This document shows, in pieces, positions 47,805-58,405 of a DNA stretch of 64,000 nucleotides. This DNA comes from a virus, in the IMG/VR virus record IMGVR_UViG_3300035703_000025, positions 1 through 64,000 of that record; one strand, given 5' to 3'. Within the stretch, counting starts at the first letter, position 1. Each line of letters begins with the position of its first letter. A program made the position numbers and the translations under genes. The notes beneath the pieces are model-generated. The model searched no databases. It was given only the letters and a program-made list of their open reading frames with translations, and was not told the DNA's origin.

Positions 47805-49749
47805 AAATCTTTATCTTGAGCTTGGTGATACAAGCGCCTTTGATATCAAAAACCCAATTGATATTTATTCGCCAAAAGAAAAAACGGCAGAAGAGCTTAT
47901 AAAAATTGGAATGGACCCAAGATACGTTGGATTTACCGCTAAGCATTTTCTTGGCGTTAATTTGTTCCCGTATCAGATGGCCGTATTAAATGAAATATGG
48001 AACAAAAGACTTCCAATACTTATTGCGACTAGAGGTGGTGCAAAAACAACAATGCTTGGTATTACAGCAATACTAAAGGCAATGTTTAACCAAGGCTCAA
48101 AAATAGTAATTGCTGGTGCTGGTTTAAGACAGTCTGGCCTCGTGTTCGAGTCTATGGAAAACATATGGAAGAACGCGCCTGTCTTGCAGGACATATGCGG
48201 ACCAAACAACGGACCAAAAAGAAGCGTTCTTGGTTTCAATTGGGATCTTGGTGACAGCAAGATCATGGGCATTCCAATAGGAACTGGTGAAAAAATCAGA
48301 GGTCTTAGAGCAAACGTAATTATCGTTGACGAGTTTGCTTCAGTTAACCCAGACATATTTGAGGTTGTAATCAGAGGCTTTGCTGCTGTACAGAGCCAAA
48401 ACACCTTTGAAAAAGTAAAGCAAGAGTATATAAGAAGAGCATTAAAAGAAACGCTTGGAGAAGACGCGATTGACGACAACCTAAAAAACAAAGGTAACCA
48501 AATAATACTTGCTGGTACTGTTAGCTATCAATTCAATCACTTCTACAAGTACTACCAAGACTACGCCAACATTATATCGTCTGAAGGAAAGGCTGGCGTT
48601 GATCCAAGTGAATACGCAATAGTCCGAATACCGTTTGATCAAATGCCTCCAGGGATTATGGATGAAACAATATTGAATCAAGGTAGGGCAACGATGGATT
48701 CAGTAATTTTCAAAATGGAATACGGTTGCGTTTTTGCAAAAGACTCAGAGGGTTTCTATCCAGCCTCAGCCATATACGCAGCCACAAGCCCAGTCAAAAC
48801 ACCAGACGGAGAAGTTTCTTTTACCGTTGAGTCTTACGGAGATAAGACTGCAAAGTACGTTCTTGGAATAGACCCAGCATCAGAAAGAGACAATCTTGCC
48901 ATAAGCATCATAAAGGTTACAGAAAACAGTAGACAGCTAGTTTTTTGCTGGAGCACAAACAGAAAACGATTTGAGGCGGATAAAAAGAAGTATCCAGATA
49001 GATACAAAGAGATCCCAGATTACAACACCTTTATTCTCAGAAAAATACATGATCTTTTCGCTAGATTCAATATTGTTCGAATGCATCTTGACTCTGGTGG
49101 CGGTGGTAGATCAATAATTGAAGGCTTAAAAGATCATACGAAACTGAAAGACGGAGAGTATTGTCTGTACGATATGGACGATGAAGACTGCTCTGACAAA
49201 GTAGGACTTCACGTAATAAAAGTAATTGAATTCTCATCTCGTGAGTGGTACGAGTCATCTCACTTTAACTTACTCAAAGACATTACAACGATGAAAATAT
49301 TATTTCCAGAATACGATGCCGTAGGAATAGAGCAGTCTAAAATATTGGGCCTTGATTCAGATGACGACTACAGTCACGACAATATTCTATCCGAAATAGA
49401 AGAGTGTAAATATCAAACAACTTTGATACAAGAGCAGACTACAGCAAAGGGTCAAAAAAGATGGGACTTGCCAAAAATAAAAGGCGTTGTAACAGAGGGT
49501 ATAAAACTTCGACTTAAAAAAGACCATTTCACAAGTCTGTTATTGGCAAATGACGCAGCAAGAAACTTAGACAATCAGCAGCAGCAAGGCATATCTACAT
49601 TTGGCGGCTACTCCTCAAAATACATTGTGCAAAACAACATAAGGTCAGACTCGATGTATCAGGGCAAGGGCATGAGAAAAATGAAAGGTACCCAAAGATC
49701 TTCAAATATATCGATGGAAGAAGGAAGACAGGGGAACATAGCGTATTAG
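47779..49749 (+). CDS. terL: terminase large subunit
   Basis: PYQ, TRGGAKT, IRGLRAN.IIVDEFA, nuclease LGIDPA, KD. Confidence 0.9.
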   Translation: MTLSQEYLENLYLELGDTSAFDIKNPIDIYSPKEKTAEELIKIGMDPRYVGFTAKHFLGVNLFPYQMAVLNEIWNKRLPILIATRGGAKTTMLGITAILKAMFNQGSKIVIAGAGLRQSGLVFESMENIWKNAPVLQDICGPNNGPKRSVLGFNWDLGDSKIMGIPIGTGEKIRGLRANVIIVDEFASVNPDIFEVVIRGFAAVQSQNTFEKVKQEYIRRALKETLGEDAIDDNLKNKGNQIILAGTVSYQFNHFYKYYQDYANIISSEGKAGVDPSEYAIVRIPFDQMPPGIMDETILNQGRATMDSVIFKMEYGCVFAKDSEGFYPASAIYAATSPVKTPDGEVSFTVESYGDKTAKYVLGIDPASERDNLAISIIKVTENSRQLVFCWSTNRKRFEADKKKYPDRYKEIPDYNTFILRKIHDLFARFNIVRMHLDSGGGGRSIIEGLKDHTKLKDGEYCLYDMDDEDCSDKVGLHVIKVIEFSSREWYESSHFNLLKDITTMKILFPEYDAVGIEQSKILGLDSDDDYSHDNILSEIEECKYQTTLIQEQTTAKGQKRWDLPKIKGVVTEGIKLRLKKDHFTSLLLANDAARNLDNQQQQGISTFGGYSSKYIVQNNIRSDSMYQGKGMRKMKGTQRSSNISMEEGRQGNIAY

Positions 49750-49780
49750 TGTATTGACCTTATAGCTAGAATAGGTTAAC

Positions 49781-51418
49781 ATGTCAGAGGAACAGAACTT
49801 TTATATATCGCCAGATCAGGGCAGGCAAGAAGGACTAAATAAACTTGGTCGAGCTATGGCTAGCCAGGATATGGCAGTCGCTGGATTCTATTCAAATCTA
49901 GAAGAAAATATATCTGTTCGACCACCTTTTACAAGAACGACATACGAAAGATTCAGACCGCACGAGCGGATTCCAGATAAAGACAACGACATAATGACGT
50001 CTTGCAGAAACGCTTATCAAAGCGTTGGCGTTATTAGATCTGTTGTTGATTTGATCACAGAAACAGCGGTTGAAGGTCTTGAAATAGTAAGCGAAAACGA
50101 AAACATAACAAACTTTTTCAAGGTTTGGTCAAGCAATGTGGCGCTCAAAGAAAGAAGTGAAAGATTTGCGAATTATTTTGTCGTTGAAGGCAATGTAGTT
50201 GTAAGAAGAAAAACATCGCAAATCGATACTCCAACAGTAAGAAGAATGAAAAGAGCTAACGCTGTTGAAAAAATAGACATACCAACTGAATACGTTTTTT
50301 ATGATCCACAAACAATAAGACTTCTCGGTGGTGAGCTAGCTATTTTTTCTGGAGTCAAGCGCTGGGGAATTAAAGTAAGCTCTGCGCAGGTTCAAGATCT
50401 TAAAGACGCTTACGCTCAAGACAAGAGCATACTTAAAAGTGTTCCAGAAGAAATTAAAAAACTAATTGGTGAAAAAACTAGCGTTGGAGAAACCGTAATA
50501 CCGATTCCAGAAGATGAGGTGTACGTAGCACACTACAAGAAAAAAGACAGCGAAATATGGGCTAAAAGTTTTATTTTTAGCATTTTACACGACGTAATCT
50601 ACAATGAAAAGCTGCGAATGGCAAAAATAAGCGCCCTTGACAGCTGGTACAACTCTGTTCGTCTTTGGAAGCTTGGTGATCACAAAGCTGAAATTTTGCC
50701 AGATACAGGCTCTATTGTAAAGCTTGCTAAAATACTCGAAAACCACACTGGTGGAACGTTAGATGTAATTTGGGATTCAATGTTAGATTACGAACAGTTT
50801 TTCCCGCCAATAGAGAAGCTACAAAACTTTGAAGAAAACTACGAATCAATGCTTCTTGGTCTTGGTGTCCACAAGAGCTTGATAGGTGGCGACAGCAATG
50901 TTCCAGGAAGCTCGGACTCATTCATAGGGCTTAGAAATCTTATGAAAAGAATAGATTGCGTAAGAAGAGCGATGTCTGATTGGATCATGCATGAGGTGAA
51001 TCAAATTTGTGACGACATGGGCTTTCAAGAAAGACCAAAGGTCAGATTCAATAACGACAATCTATTTGATCAACCAAGCTACTTTAAGCTACTTATTGAG
51101 CTTGCAGATAGAAACATCATTTCTAATCAAACCATTCTAGAGAAAATCGGGGAAATGTGGAACATTGAAAAGGCAAGAGTAAAGAACGAAAGCGAGATGA
51201 GAAAAGATGGTGAGGTTCTTGATAAGCTTAGCCCGTTCATTCAAACTATTATACCTGAAAGCAACCACAAAAAAGCAAAAGAGTTGCAACAGTTGCGAGA
51301 GCAAACGCCCGGATCGCAAGAGCCTCCAGGCAAAGCTGGAAGGCCAGATGGTGCAAAGGATACTGTTACGAGAAAAGTTAAGAAAAGAACTCGTGCTGAT
51401 AACAAAAAGAGCACTTAA
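49781..51418 (+). CDS. portal protein
   Basis: 545 aa directly after terL; Y...G.IRSVVDL..E, RLWKLG. Confidence 0.75.
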   Translation: MSEEQNFYISPDQGRQEGLNKLGRAMASQDMAVAGFYSNLEENISVRPPFTRTTYERFRPHERIPDKDNDIMTSCRNAYQSVGVIRSVVDLITETAVEGLEIVSENENITNFFKVWSSNVALKERSERFANYFVVEGNVVVRRKTSQIDTPTVRRMKRANAVEKIDIPTEYVFYDPQTIRLLGGELAIFSGVKRWGIKVSSAQVQDLKDAYAQDKSILKSVPEEIKKLIGEKTSVGETVIPIPEDEVYVAHYKKKDSEIWAKSFIFSILHDVIYNEKLRMAKISALDSWYNSVRLWKLGDHKAEILPDTGSIVKLAKILENHTGGTLDVIWDSMLDYEQFFPPIEKLQNFEENYESMLLGLGVHKSLIGGDSNVPGSSDSFIGLRNLMKRIDCVRRAMSDWIMHEVNQICDDMGFQERPKVRFNNDNLFDQPSYFKLLIELADRNIISNQTILEKIGEMWNIEKARVKNESEMRKDGEVLDKLSPFIQTIIPESNHKKAKELQQLREQTPGSQEPPGKAGRPDGAKDTVTRKVKKRTRADNKKST

Positions 51419-51461
51419 ATAAATAGCTATTAAAAAATGTGTATTAGCTCATGAGGTAAAT

Positions 51462-51896
51462 ATGCCGATTGAGCTTTTATCAATGATTGGTGGTAGCACT
51501 TTGGGGTTTATTTTTCGCTACCTAGCCGAAAAAAGGCAGGACGAAAAAGAACTCTTTGAAAGAGTAATTGAGGCGAACAAGCAAACAACCTCAAATCAAG
51601 ACCAGGCTGCTAAAAGAGTTCCAATAGACGTAGGAAAGGGAGTTAGACAGCTTATTGTCTTAACTGTTCTTTTTGGTTCTATAGCAGCACCTTTTATACT
51701 TCCATTTTTTGGAGTACCAACATTTGTTGAAGTTGACGCAACAAATCCAGAGGGTCTTTTTGGCATAATTCCAGAAACTAGCAAGAAATTTTTTGTTGAG
51801 GTAAACGGGTTTTTATACTCATCAGAAAATCGACAAATATTACTCAGCATAGTTGGATTTTACTTTGGCACGTCTGCAGCAGCGAGGAAGTCATGA
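51462..51896 (+). CDS. membrane protein, holin-like
   Basis: Three hydrophobic segments, ends IVGFYFG. Confidence 0.55.
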   Translation: MPIELLSMIGGSTLGFIFRYLAEKRQDEKELFERVIEANKQTTSNQDQAAKRVPIDVGKGVRQLIVLTVLFGSIAAPFILPFFGVPTFVEVDATNPEGLFGIIPETSKKFFVEVNGFLYSSENRQILLSIVGFYFGTSAAARKS

Positions 51897-52192
51897 AATT
51901 TATGTCTAAAATAATATGGCCATTGTTTTTTACGGTTTCTCTTTTTGGCTGCGACACAACACCAAAGATTATTCCAGACACAACTGGAGATAGTGCCGTT
52001 ATGCTCTCTATTAAAAAATCTATAGAGCACCAGTCTACAGACACAACTGGCTACGGTTGGCTTTTTTGGTACGCGCCAGTTGCACTAATAGCCTTGCTTT
52101 GGGCGTATAGAGAGTTTATAAGAAAGCCACTTCTTTGTGATGATGGTGACGTAAAAGACGAACTAGAAGACAAAAAGGAAGACAACACGTGA
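51893..52192 (+). CDS. lipoprotein with C-terminal TM helix
   Basis: Lipobox LFGC; TM WLFWYAPVALIALLWAY. Confidence 0.6.
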   Translation: MKFMSKIIWPLFFTVSLFGCDTTPKIIPDTTGDSAVMLSIKKSIEHQSTDTTGYGWLFWYAPVALIALLWAYREFIRKPLLCDDGDVKDELEDKKEDNT

Positions 52193-52448
52193 GAGCTTGA
52201 TTAGTATTCGGCGGGCCTAGGATGTATGCGCCTGCTTTTATGACTTATTCAAGCTTTCACTGTTTAATTTCTTCAATGTTCCGCCAGAGTACTGAAAAAC
52301 CAAAAACTCAGAAGGTACGTCTTCTTTATTTTTTACAGCTCTTGATTTTGCTCTTTTTAGCTCGTTTCTAGTCAAAAGAAGCGGATAAACGTCCCCGTCT
52401 GATTCCAAAAACGCGCAAAAGTAATAAAACTCAGCCTCAGTAGGTTTT

Positions 52449-53102
52449 TTATTCTTGTTGCGAATTGCATTCTTTTTCTTCTTCATCTAAATAAAATACA
52501 CCTTTTTCTTCAGAAACAGACCACCTATCGCAAGTTTCAGCACTCCACACTCTAGAAGAAACTTTATATCCCTCAGCGCTAGGATTTGGTTTGTTTCCAA
52601 TGAAGTAAGCATCCTTAAACGCTATTCTATTTGTTGGCAGCGCCGCAATCTGCCCGTTATCTAATTTTACTATATGAGCACATTTGTCCTGATCAGGAGT
52701 GTAAACAAATGATGTATCCGGATTTTCGTCTTTTAGCCATTCAACCGTAAACCAATACTCTCCTTGTACCACCTTTCTGTTTCTTAAAAAACAGTCGCAT
52801 TGGTGGCCAAGTAAATAGTCCCACTGTATTATTTGTATTTTTTCAGTAAAGCAATCCCATAACTGCAAATTCTCAAGGCTGTAGTGCTCGGAGCCTTCTT
52901 CTGGCTCGTACCACCACATTGAATGAAGTGGAAGACCACGCCAGTGCGCTCCAGTTTTAAGCATTACATGAAAAAGCAAACTTCTTGCTCGCATTGACCT
53001 AACACCAAAAACATGACCTTCAGTAAAGCCTTCCTTTTCTTCCATGTCGTACAAGAAATCGTTTTTTATGAAAACTTTTATAACTGGCGAGTTCGCGTGC
53101 AT
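52449..53102 (-). CDS. conserved phage protein
   Basis: QLWDCF, Y.FTVEW, KCAH..KLDNGQ.AALP.NR. Confidence 0.7.
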   Translation of the reverse strand: MHANSPVIKVFIKNDFLYDMEEKEGFTEGHVFGVRSMRARSLLFHVMLKTGAHWRGLPLHSMWWYEPEEGSEHYSLENLQLWDCFTEKIQIIQWDYLLGHQCDCFLRNRKVVQGEYWFTVEWLKDENPDTSFVYTPDQDKCAHIVKLDNGQIAALPTNRIAFKDAYFIGNKPNPSAEGYKVSSRVWSAETCDRWSVSEEKGVFYLDEEEKECNSQQE

Positions 53103-53151
53103 GAAATATTATAGAACTTTTACTCTTTAAAACTAATGTGTATATTAAAAC

Positions 53152-55074
53152 ATGAAAGTCTTTGAAGGCGAAAAAGAAATAGCTTCACTTTTAGTTAATA
53201 ACAAAACAAAGTGTGACTCAACTCTAGTCACAGACATTTCTGTAAAAACAGACTCTCTTAATAATGTTTGCAAGGGCAATGCTTGTGCAATCGCCTCAAT
53301 TGCACCGGATGGCTACAAGCCAACCGATGATGTAACTGCTCTATCATCAATACTTGTTAGTGACATATGGAACGCAAACGACGACGTTTTTACATCCGAA
53401 GAAATACTCTCAAGATACTCAACAGCGAAATTTAAACCAATTAATTGGATGCACAAGGGTTCCGAGGACACCGAAAATGAAAACATAGGTGTCATGCTTG
53501 AAACCACACTCGTTGAAGGCGACGTTCCAGAAGTTAACATAATTAAAGCTGATGAGTCTTCTTGCAAAAACCCACGCTCTTGCAGCGGGAAAATACACGT
53601 TAAACAAGACGGTATAATTTGGTCTGGTTACTTCCCGACCTATGCCCAGAAAATAAAAAAGGGCATTGAAGACGGAAAGCTATTTGTTTCAATGGAATGC
53701 TTCTTTGAGGACTTCGGATACGCGCTAAGAAAAGATGATGACTCTGAAATAATATTCCTTGACAGGTCCGACGCAAATTCAAAAATGTCTAAAGATCTTT
53801 TGGCCTTTGGTGGAAAAGGTATCACCCAATACAAAGGTCAGAGATACCAAATTGGAAGATGGCTAAAGAACATAACCTTTTCTGGCCAGGGCGTGGTTTA
53901 CGAACCAGCAAACAAAAAGAAGAACAAAATATACAGCATAATTTTTGCACAAACAGCACAGGACATTATGAACGCAAACTCTCCAATATCCACCCTTCAA
54001 GAGCCTGGGGCTATATTAAATCCCGCAGAAATGCCAGACGACACCTCAAATGTCTCTAGAACAGACACACCACAAGACCTCAAAAACAAAAGAGAAATGC
54101 CAACCTCATTCAAGCCGCCAGCTGATGGATTCTTGTTCTTCACAGCAAAAGAAGCCGAAAGCGTTGGCAAAATAAAGCTTGGCTGCACTGGATACCACCT
54201 TTATCAGGAAGACAGACACGGCGATAAGCCGCTTCTTTACTCTGCTTTAATTGCAGACCCAACAGATATTGAAAAACAAATGGCAATACCTCAGTATCGC
54301 CCATGCGAAGACGAGCGTGAGCTTCGTTTTGTTCTAAAGGAGCTTGGTATCTCCCAAGAATCAGAAACCTCTTATTATATAGACAAGCCAGAGGGCGATT
54401 CTGGTGATATTGAAGAGGGCACTTTTAATCCACAAGAAAACCAAAGCGGGCAACAAGCCACCCAATCAGCACCAGCCCCAGGATCTGCTGGCGAAAATGC
54501 TTTAAGCCAAGCAAACAAAAAAGACAGTAGTTTAGAAAATAAAAATAATTTTGTGTATAAAAACAAAGAGGAAAAAATGTCAGACACTAATACAAAAAAC
54601 GATAACGAGGTTCTTGATCTTAAAGAACAATTAGTTTACGCCGAACAAGCAATTGCTTTGGCTACAACTCATATTGAAAACATGAACCTTAAGCTTGCCC
54701 GTCTAGAAGAACTAGAAGACTTCAAGACACAAGCAGAACAGCTTATTGATCAAGCCTACGAAAACAAAGTGGGCGCTGACAGACTTGCCGAAATGCGAGA
54801 GATGGTTGGTGAAAGCTACACAGAAGAAGACCTTCCAGAGCTTAAGGCCATGTCAGAAGAGGCGTTTGCTGAGCTAAGAAAGGCTGTAAGCAAAGTAAGC
54901 AACAAGATTGAAAAAGTAATCACAGAACAAGAAATTGTTGCAAAGGCTTCACAGGCAATTGCAGCAGCAAAGAAACAACAGTCTCAAACTCCGAATTTTG
55001 TAGTAGCGACTAAGCGTGAAAACAAGGCCGACGTGGCGAAAAATCTCATAGCTCATGCGCTACGTAGAAAATAA
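53152..55074 (+). CDS. prohead protease/scaffold protein
   Basis: WNANDDVF, KPINWMH, FVSMEC, FSGQG.V..PAN; C-terminal coiled coil; upstream of capsid genes. Confidence 0.7.
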   Translation: MKVFEGEKEIASLLVNNKTKCDSTLVTDISVKTDSLNNVCKGNACAIASIAPDGYKPTDDVTALSSILVSDIWNANDDVFTSEEILSRYSTAKFKPINWMHKGSEDTENENIGVMLETTLVEGDVPEVNIIKADESSCKNPRSCSGKIHVKQDGIIWSGYFPTYAQKIKKGIEDGKLFVSMECFFEDFGYALRKDDDSEIIFLDRSDANSKMSKDLLAFGGKGITQYKGQRYQIGRWLKNITFSGQGVVYEPANKKKNKIYSIIFAQTAQDIMNANSPISTLQEPGAILNPAEMPDDTSNVSRTDTPQDLKNKREMPTSFKPPADGFLFFTAKEAESVGKIKLGCTGYHLYQEDRHGDKPLLYSALIADPTDIEKQMAIPQYRPCEDERELRFVLKELGISQESETSYYIDKPEGDSGDIEEGTFNPQENQSGQQATQSAPAPGSAGENALSQANKKDSSLENKNNFVYKNKEEKMSDTNTKNDNEVLDLKEQLVYAEQAIALATTHIENMNLKLARLEELEDFKTQAEQLIDQAYENKVGADRLAEMREMVGESYTEEDLPELKAMSEEAFAELRKAVSKVSNKIEKVITEQEIVAKASQAIAAAKKQQSQTPNFVVATKRENKADVAKNLIAHALRRK

Positions 55075-55120
55075 TTAAAGCAAATTTTTAATTTGTGTAT
55101 AACATAACAAGGGTAAAAAA

Positions 55121-55672
55121 ATGGCATTAAAACCTGATAGAAACGAACTAGACGTAGACATCTCTTATTTCTGGGCTACCGGTATTGGTTACGGCAGCGA
55201 GCGTGGTGGCTGGGTCAGCGCAACTGGCTCAACCGTTGCTTCTGGTGCCGCTATGGACCAAGCCGCTAACCAAGTTTGGTACGGCCTAAACGCGACAGGC
55301 GTTCGTCCGCTAGGCATTCTTCTAAACGACGTAGTAAACATCGACCTTACCAGACAGATCCTCAACCCATACAAGAGCGAGGTTCAGGTAGGTGACAAGA
55401 TTACAGTCCTTAAGAAGGGCTATGTAGTCACCAACAGAGTCGTAACTACTATGGGCGCAAACAGCGTAACTGTAGTTCCTGGCGCCCCAGCTTTCACTGG
55501 GCCAAGCGGCTTCATTACTAGCGTTGCATCTGGTACTCTCCATATGGCTCCTGGAGCTGGCGACGCGCTTTCACGCTCAATGCTTAACAGCGCTTCTGGC
55601 TCTTACGTAATCGGTAAGTTCCTCTCCAAGGTTGACGAGGACGGTTACGCCAAGGTTTACGTTGATCTATGA
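55121..55672 (+). CDS. capsid decoration/cement protein
   Basis: Small Gly-rich gene between scaffold and MCP. Confidence 0.65.
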   Translation: MALKPDRNELDVDISYFWATGIGYGSERGGWVSATGSTVASGAAMDQAANQVWYGLNATGVRPLGILLNDVVNIDLTRQILNPYKSEVQVGDKITVLKKGYVVTNRVVTTMGANSVTVVPGAPAFTGPSGFITSVASGTLHMAPGAGDALSRSMLNSASGSYVIGKFLSKVDEDGYAKVYVDL

Positions 55673-55714
55673 TTGAGTTAAAAGCTGAATAAAAACAAAA
55701 GAAATAGGTATAAA

Positions 55715-56779
55715 ATGAACAACGAAATCAAAGACAGCGTAGAAACACAAGAATTAACCGACGCAGCAAAGCAGCTGCTTTCCGATGCTGGCAGTAATGA
55801 CAAGGCGGTCTCCATGAGAGCGCAGGCTCAAATTGCAAAAGGCATTGCTTCCGCACTAAACGAGTTCAACTACTCTGAGGCCGTTGAAGGCCCAATCAGA
55901 GAAGGCGTGCTCAAGGGTGACGTTGTTTCTGATATCTTCGTAACCGAAGACTTCAGCACAACCAATGACCTTCGCATTCCTCTTGATCTCCTTGCCCCAG
56001 GCACTGAAAAGGATCACGTTGCCTACGTTATCCCAGATCACGGTAAGATACCAATGCGTAGAGTTGAGGCTGACTACATTCAATTGAACACCTACATGAT
56101 AGGCAGCTCAATTGATTGCACAAGAAAATTCCTCAAGAACGCTAGATTCGACGTTCTTCGTAGAATGATCGAAGTCCTCAACATGTCCTTCGTAAAGAAG
56201 AACAACGACGACGGTTGGCAGACACTTCTCGCTGCAGCCTACGGTCGTGGTATCGCTGCTTATGATGCTGACGCACCAGCTGGTTCTTTCACACCAAAGC
56301 TCGTTAGCCTCATGAAGACCATCGTTCGTAGAAACGGTGGCGGTAACTCCACTAGCACCAATCGTCGCAAGCTCACCGATCTTTACATGTCCCCAGAGGC
56401 ATTTGAAGACATGAGCGCGTGGGGTCTAAGCTTAGTCTCTGATGACATCAGAACCTCAATTCAAAGAAGTGAAGAAGGCGCTGTCCGTGGTATGTACGGC
56501 GTAAACTTCCACGACCTTGATGAGCTTGGTGTTGGCCAAGAGTACCAGCTCTACTACACAGGCGTACTAAGCGGCTCACTCGCTGCTTCCGACGAAGAGC
56601 TTGTAATCGGTCTTGACCTAACTCAGCCAGACAAGTCTTTCATCCACCCAGTATCTCAGAAGATTGAGATCACTGAAGATGAGAATCTCCACAGACACGG
56701 TCTCGTTGGCTTCTACGGATCGATGGAAGGCGGATGGGCTTGCCTAGACGTCAGATACATCCTCGCTGGCTCCTTCTGA
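55715..56779 (+). CDS. major capsid protein
   Basis: 354 aa, strongly biased codons, followed by terminator; position in head module. Confidence 0.8.
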   Translation: MNNEIKDSVETQELTDAAKQLLSDAGSNDKAVSMRAQAQIAKGIASALNEFNYSEAVEGPIREGVLKGDVVSDIFVTEDFSTTNDLRIPLDLLAPGTEKDHVAYVIPDHGKIPMRRVEADYIQLNTYMIGSSIDCTRKFLKNARFDVLRRMIEVLNMSFVKKNNDDGWQTLLAAAYGRGIAAYDADAPAGSFTPKLVSLMKTIVRRNGGGNSTSTNRRKLTDLYMSPEAFEDMSAWGLSLVSDDIRTSIQRSEEGAVRGMYGVNFHDLDELGVGQEYQLYYTGVLSGSLAASDEELVIGLDLTQPDKSFIHPVSQKIEITEDENLHRHGLVGFYGSMEGGWACLDVRYILAGSF

Positions 56780-56802
56780 TTTACAGTAACGCAAATACTA
56801 AG

Positions 56803-56835
56803 AATCCCGCTCCGTTTGGGGCGGGATTTTTATTT
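56803..56835 (+). terminator. intrinsic terminator
   Basis: AATCCCGC...GCGGGATT + T-tract. Confidence 0.85.
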
Positions 56836-56858
56836 GTGTATCTAAAATAGAGGAAAAA

Positions 56859-57341
56859 ATGCCATTAGCCCCAACAAATCCAAGCAATGTTAGCGGTGTA
56901 ACAAATCGCGCTATTGTTTATCAAAATCCCACAGTACAGCAAAGTATTACTTATGGTGTAATAGGTCTTGTTTCAGAAAATATAGTAGCCAATCAGTTTG
57001 TATACGATAAAACAATCAAGCCTTTTGCAACAGGATGGCCTTCAATAGACTCTACTGGAAGATATCTTTTTGCTTCAGAAAGTGGTCATCACGGAGAGCC
57101 AGTTGAGTCTATTCTAATTTACAATCCAGGCCCAACAGCAATGCGCGTTGGTTACAACATACCAGTTTCTGGCAGCTGGTCCTCTGAGCCTGGCTTTCCT
57201 CTTGGTTCTGGTGACAGCATACAGTTTGGTGGTCAAAATATAGGAACCGTAAGAAATGCTTGGGCAAAAACAGTATCTGGCGACTCTGGTGCTGGTCAAG
57301 TCATTTACGTACAAACATATCCAAAAGATCACTGGGTCTAA
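56859..57341 (+). CDS. structural protein, unknown
   Basis: GTGTAT motif + GAGG SD. Confidence 0.6.
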   Translation: MPLAPTNPSNVSGVTNRAIVYQNPTVQQSITYGVIGLVSENIVANQFVYDKTIKPFATGWPSIDSTGRYLFASESGHHGEPVESILIYNPGPTAMRVGYNIPVSGSWSSEPGFPLGSGDSIQFGGQNIGTVRNAWAKTVSGDSGAGQVIYVQTYPKDHWV

Positions 57342-57344
57342 AAA

Positions 57345-57872
57345 ATGCCAACAGTAAACAGCTGGACAGACGTTTTGCCAGAAAGATTGCGCTATTATAT
57401 AGGCGACTTAGATTCGCCACAGCGATATACTGACGCAATACTTGAAAGTTTTATTACTCTCGCTGCAGCAGCCGTAGTCACAGAAGTCAAGCTAATAAAC
57501 AACACTTTTACTATAGATACAGCAAACAATACAATATCACCAGATCCAATAATTAGCGGTGATGTAGATCCTGGCATTCCAGCGCTTTTTGTTTTTAAGG
57601 CAGGAGCAATTCTTGCAATGTCTGAAGTAAGAAGAGACGCTGCCAAATACGGTGTAAAAATTCGTGATGACGTTACTTCTTATGATGGAACTGCTGCGTT
57701 AAAAGTTCGTGGCGATTCGTACAAATTTTATCTTGAAAATTACGAAAAGGCACGATGGGCTTGGGAAAGAGGAAACAGAGCAACACTCAAGGCTATATTT
57801 GGCGCATACGAAAGCGCAAATATTGGTCAAACAAGCGTCGATTTCTACTGGCCAACAGTTCATAGGAGATAA
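57345..57872 (+). CDS. head-tail adaptor-like protein
   Basis: RLRYYIGD.D..Q.YTD..L; synteny. Confidence 0.6.
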   Translation: MPTVNSWTDVLPERLRYYIGDLDSPQRYTDAILESFITLAAAAVVTEVKLINNTFTIDTANNTISPDPIISGDVDPGIPALFVFKAGAILAMSEVRRDAAKYGVKIRDDVTSYDGTAALKVRGDSYKFYLENYEKARWAWERGNRATLKAIFGAYESANIGQTSVDFYWPTVHRR

Positions 57873-57874
57873 AA

Positions 57875-58405
57875 ATGGGAACCCTGTCAAGTTCAGAATT
57901 AAGCGCAATAAAATCAGAATGGCGCAGTATAGCAACTGACTTGACTGACAGCTTTGGTCTTTCTTGCAAGCTTATTTTTGCACATGCGGTTGAGGCCACG
58001 CCAGCTGTTTCACAAGATCCAATTGGTAAAAAAGAAGCCTACATGCCGTCTTTTGGGGGTAGATCGAACCCAAGACTTGTGCCAGGTATTAGTTTAGCCA
58101 ACCTTCCTGTTTCTCCAACTGGTTTGAAGATACAGGAAAACACAAAAACAATAACCGCTAGAGTTTATGGAGCCAACAAAGAGTTTAAAGAGCTAAATCC
58201 AGCAGCTGGCATATCTGAAAACGTCTGGAAAATGATATGCGCAAAAGAGTATTCCCCAGACCTACTAAGGTGCACAGACGCTGTATTTGACGCCTCTTTT
58301 AAGGGCAGAGAAATAAAAGTAAAACTAATTATGGCTCCTGTCCCGTATGGCCTTGGTGGATATCATCAAGTTAAGACATACTGGGTGGAGACATCAAATG
58401 GCTAA
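57875..58405 (+). CDS. head-closure/neck protein
   Basis: Synteny. Confidence 0.5.
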   Translation: MGTLSSSELSAIKSEWRSIATDLTDSFGLSCKLIFAHAVEATPAVSQDPIGKKEAYMPSFGGRSNPRLVPGISLANLPVSPTGLKIQENTKTITARVYGANKEFKELNPAAGISENVWKMICAKEYSPDLLRCTDAVFDASFKGREIKVKLIMAPVPYGLGGYHQVKTYWVETSNG

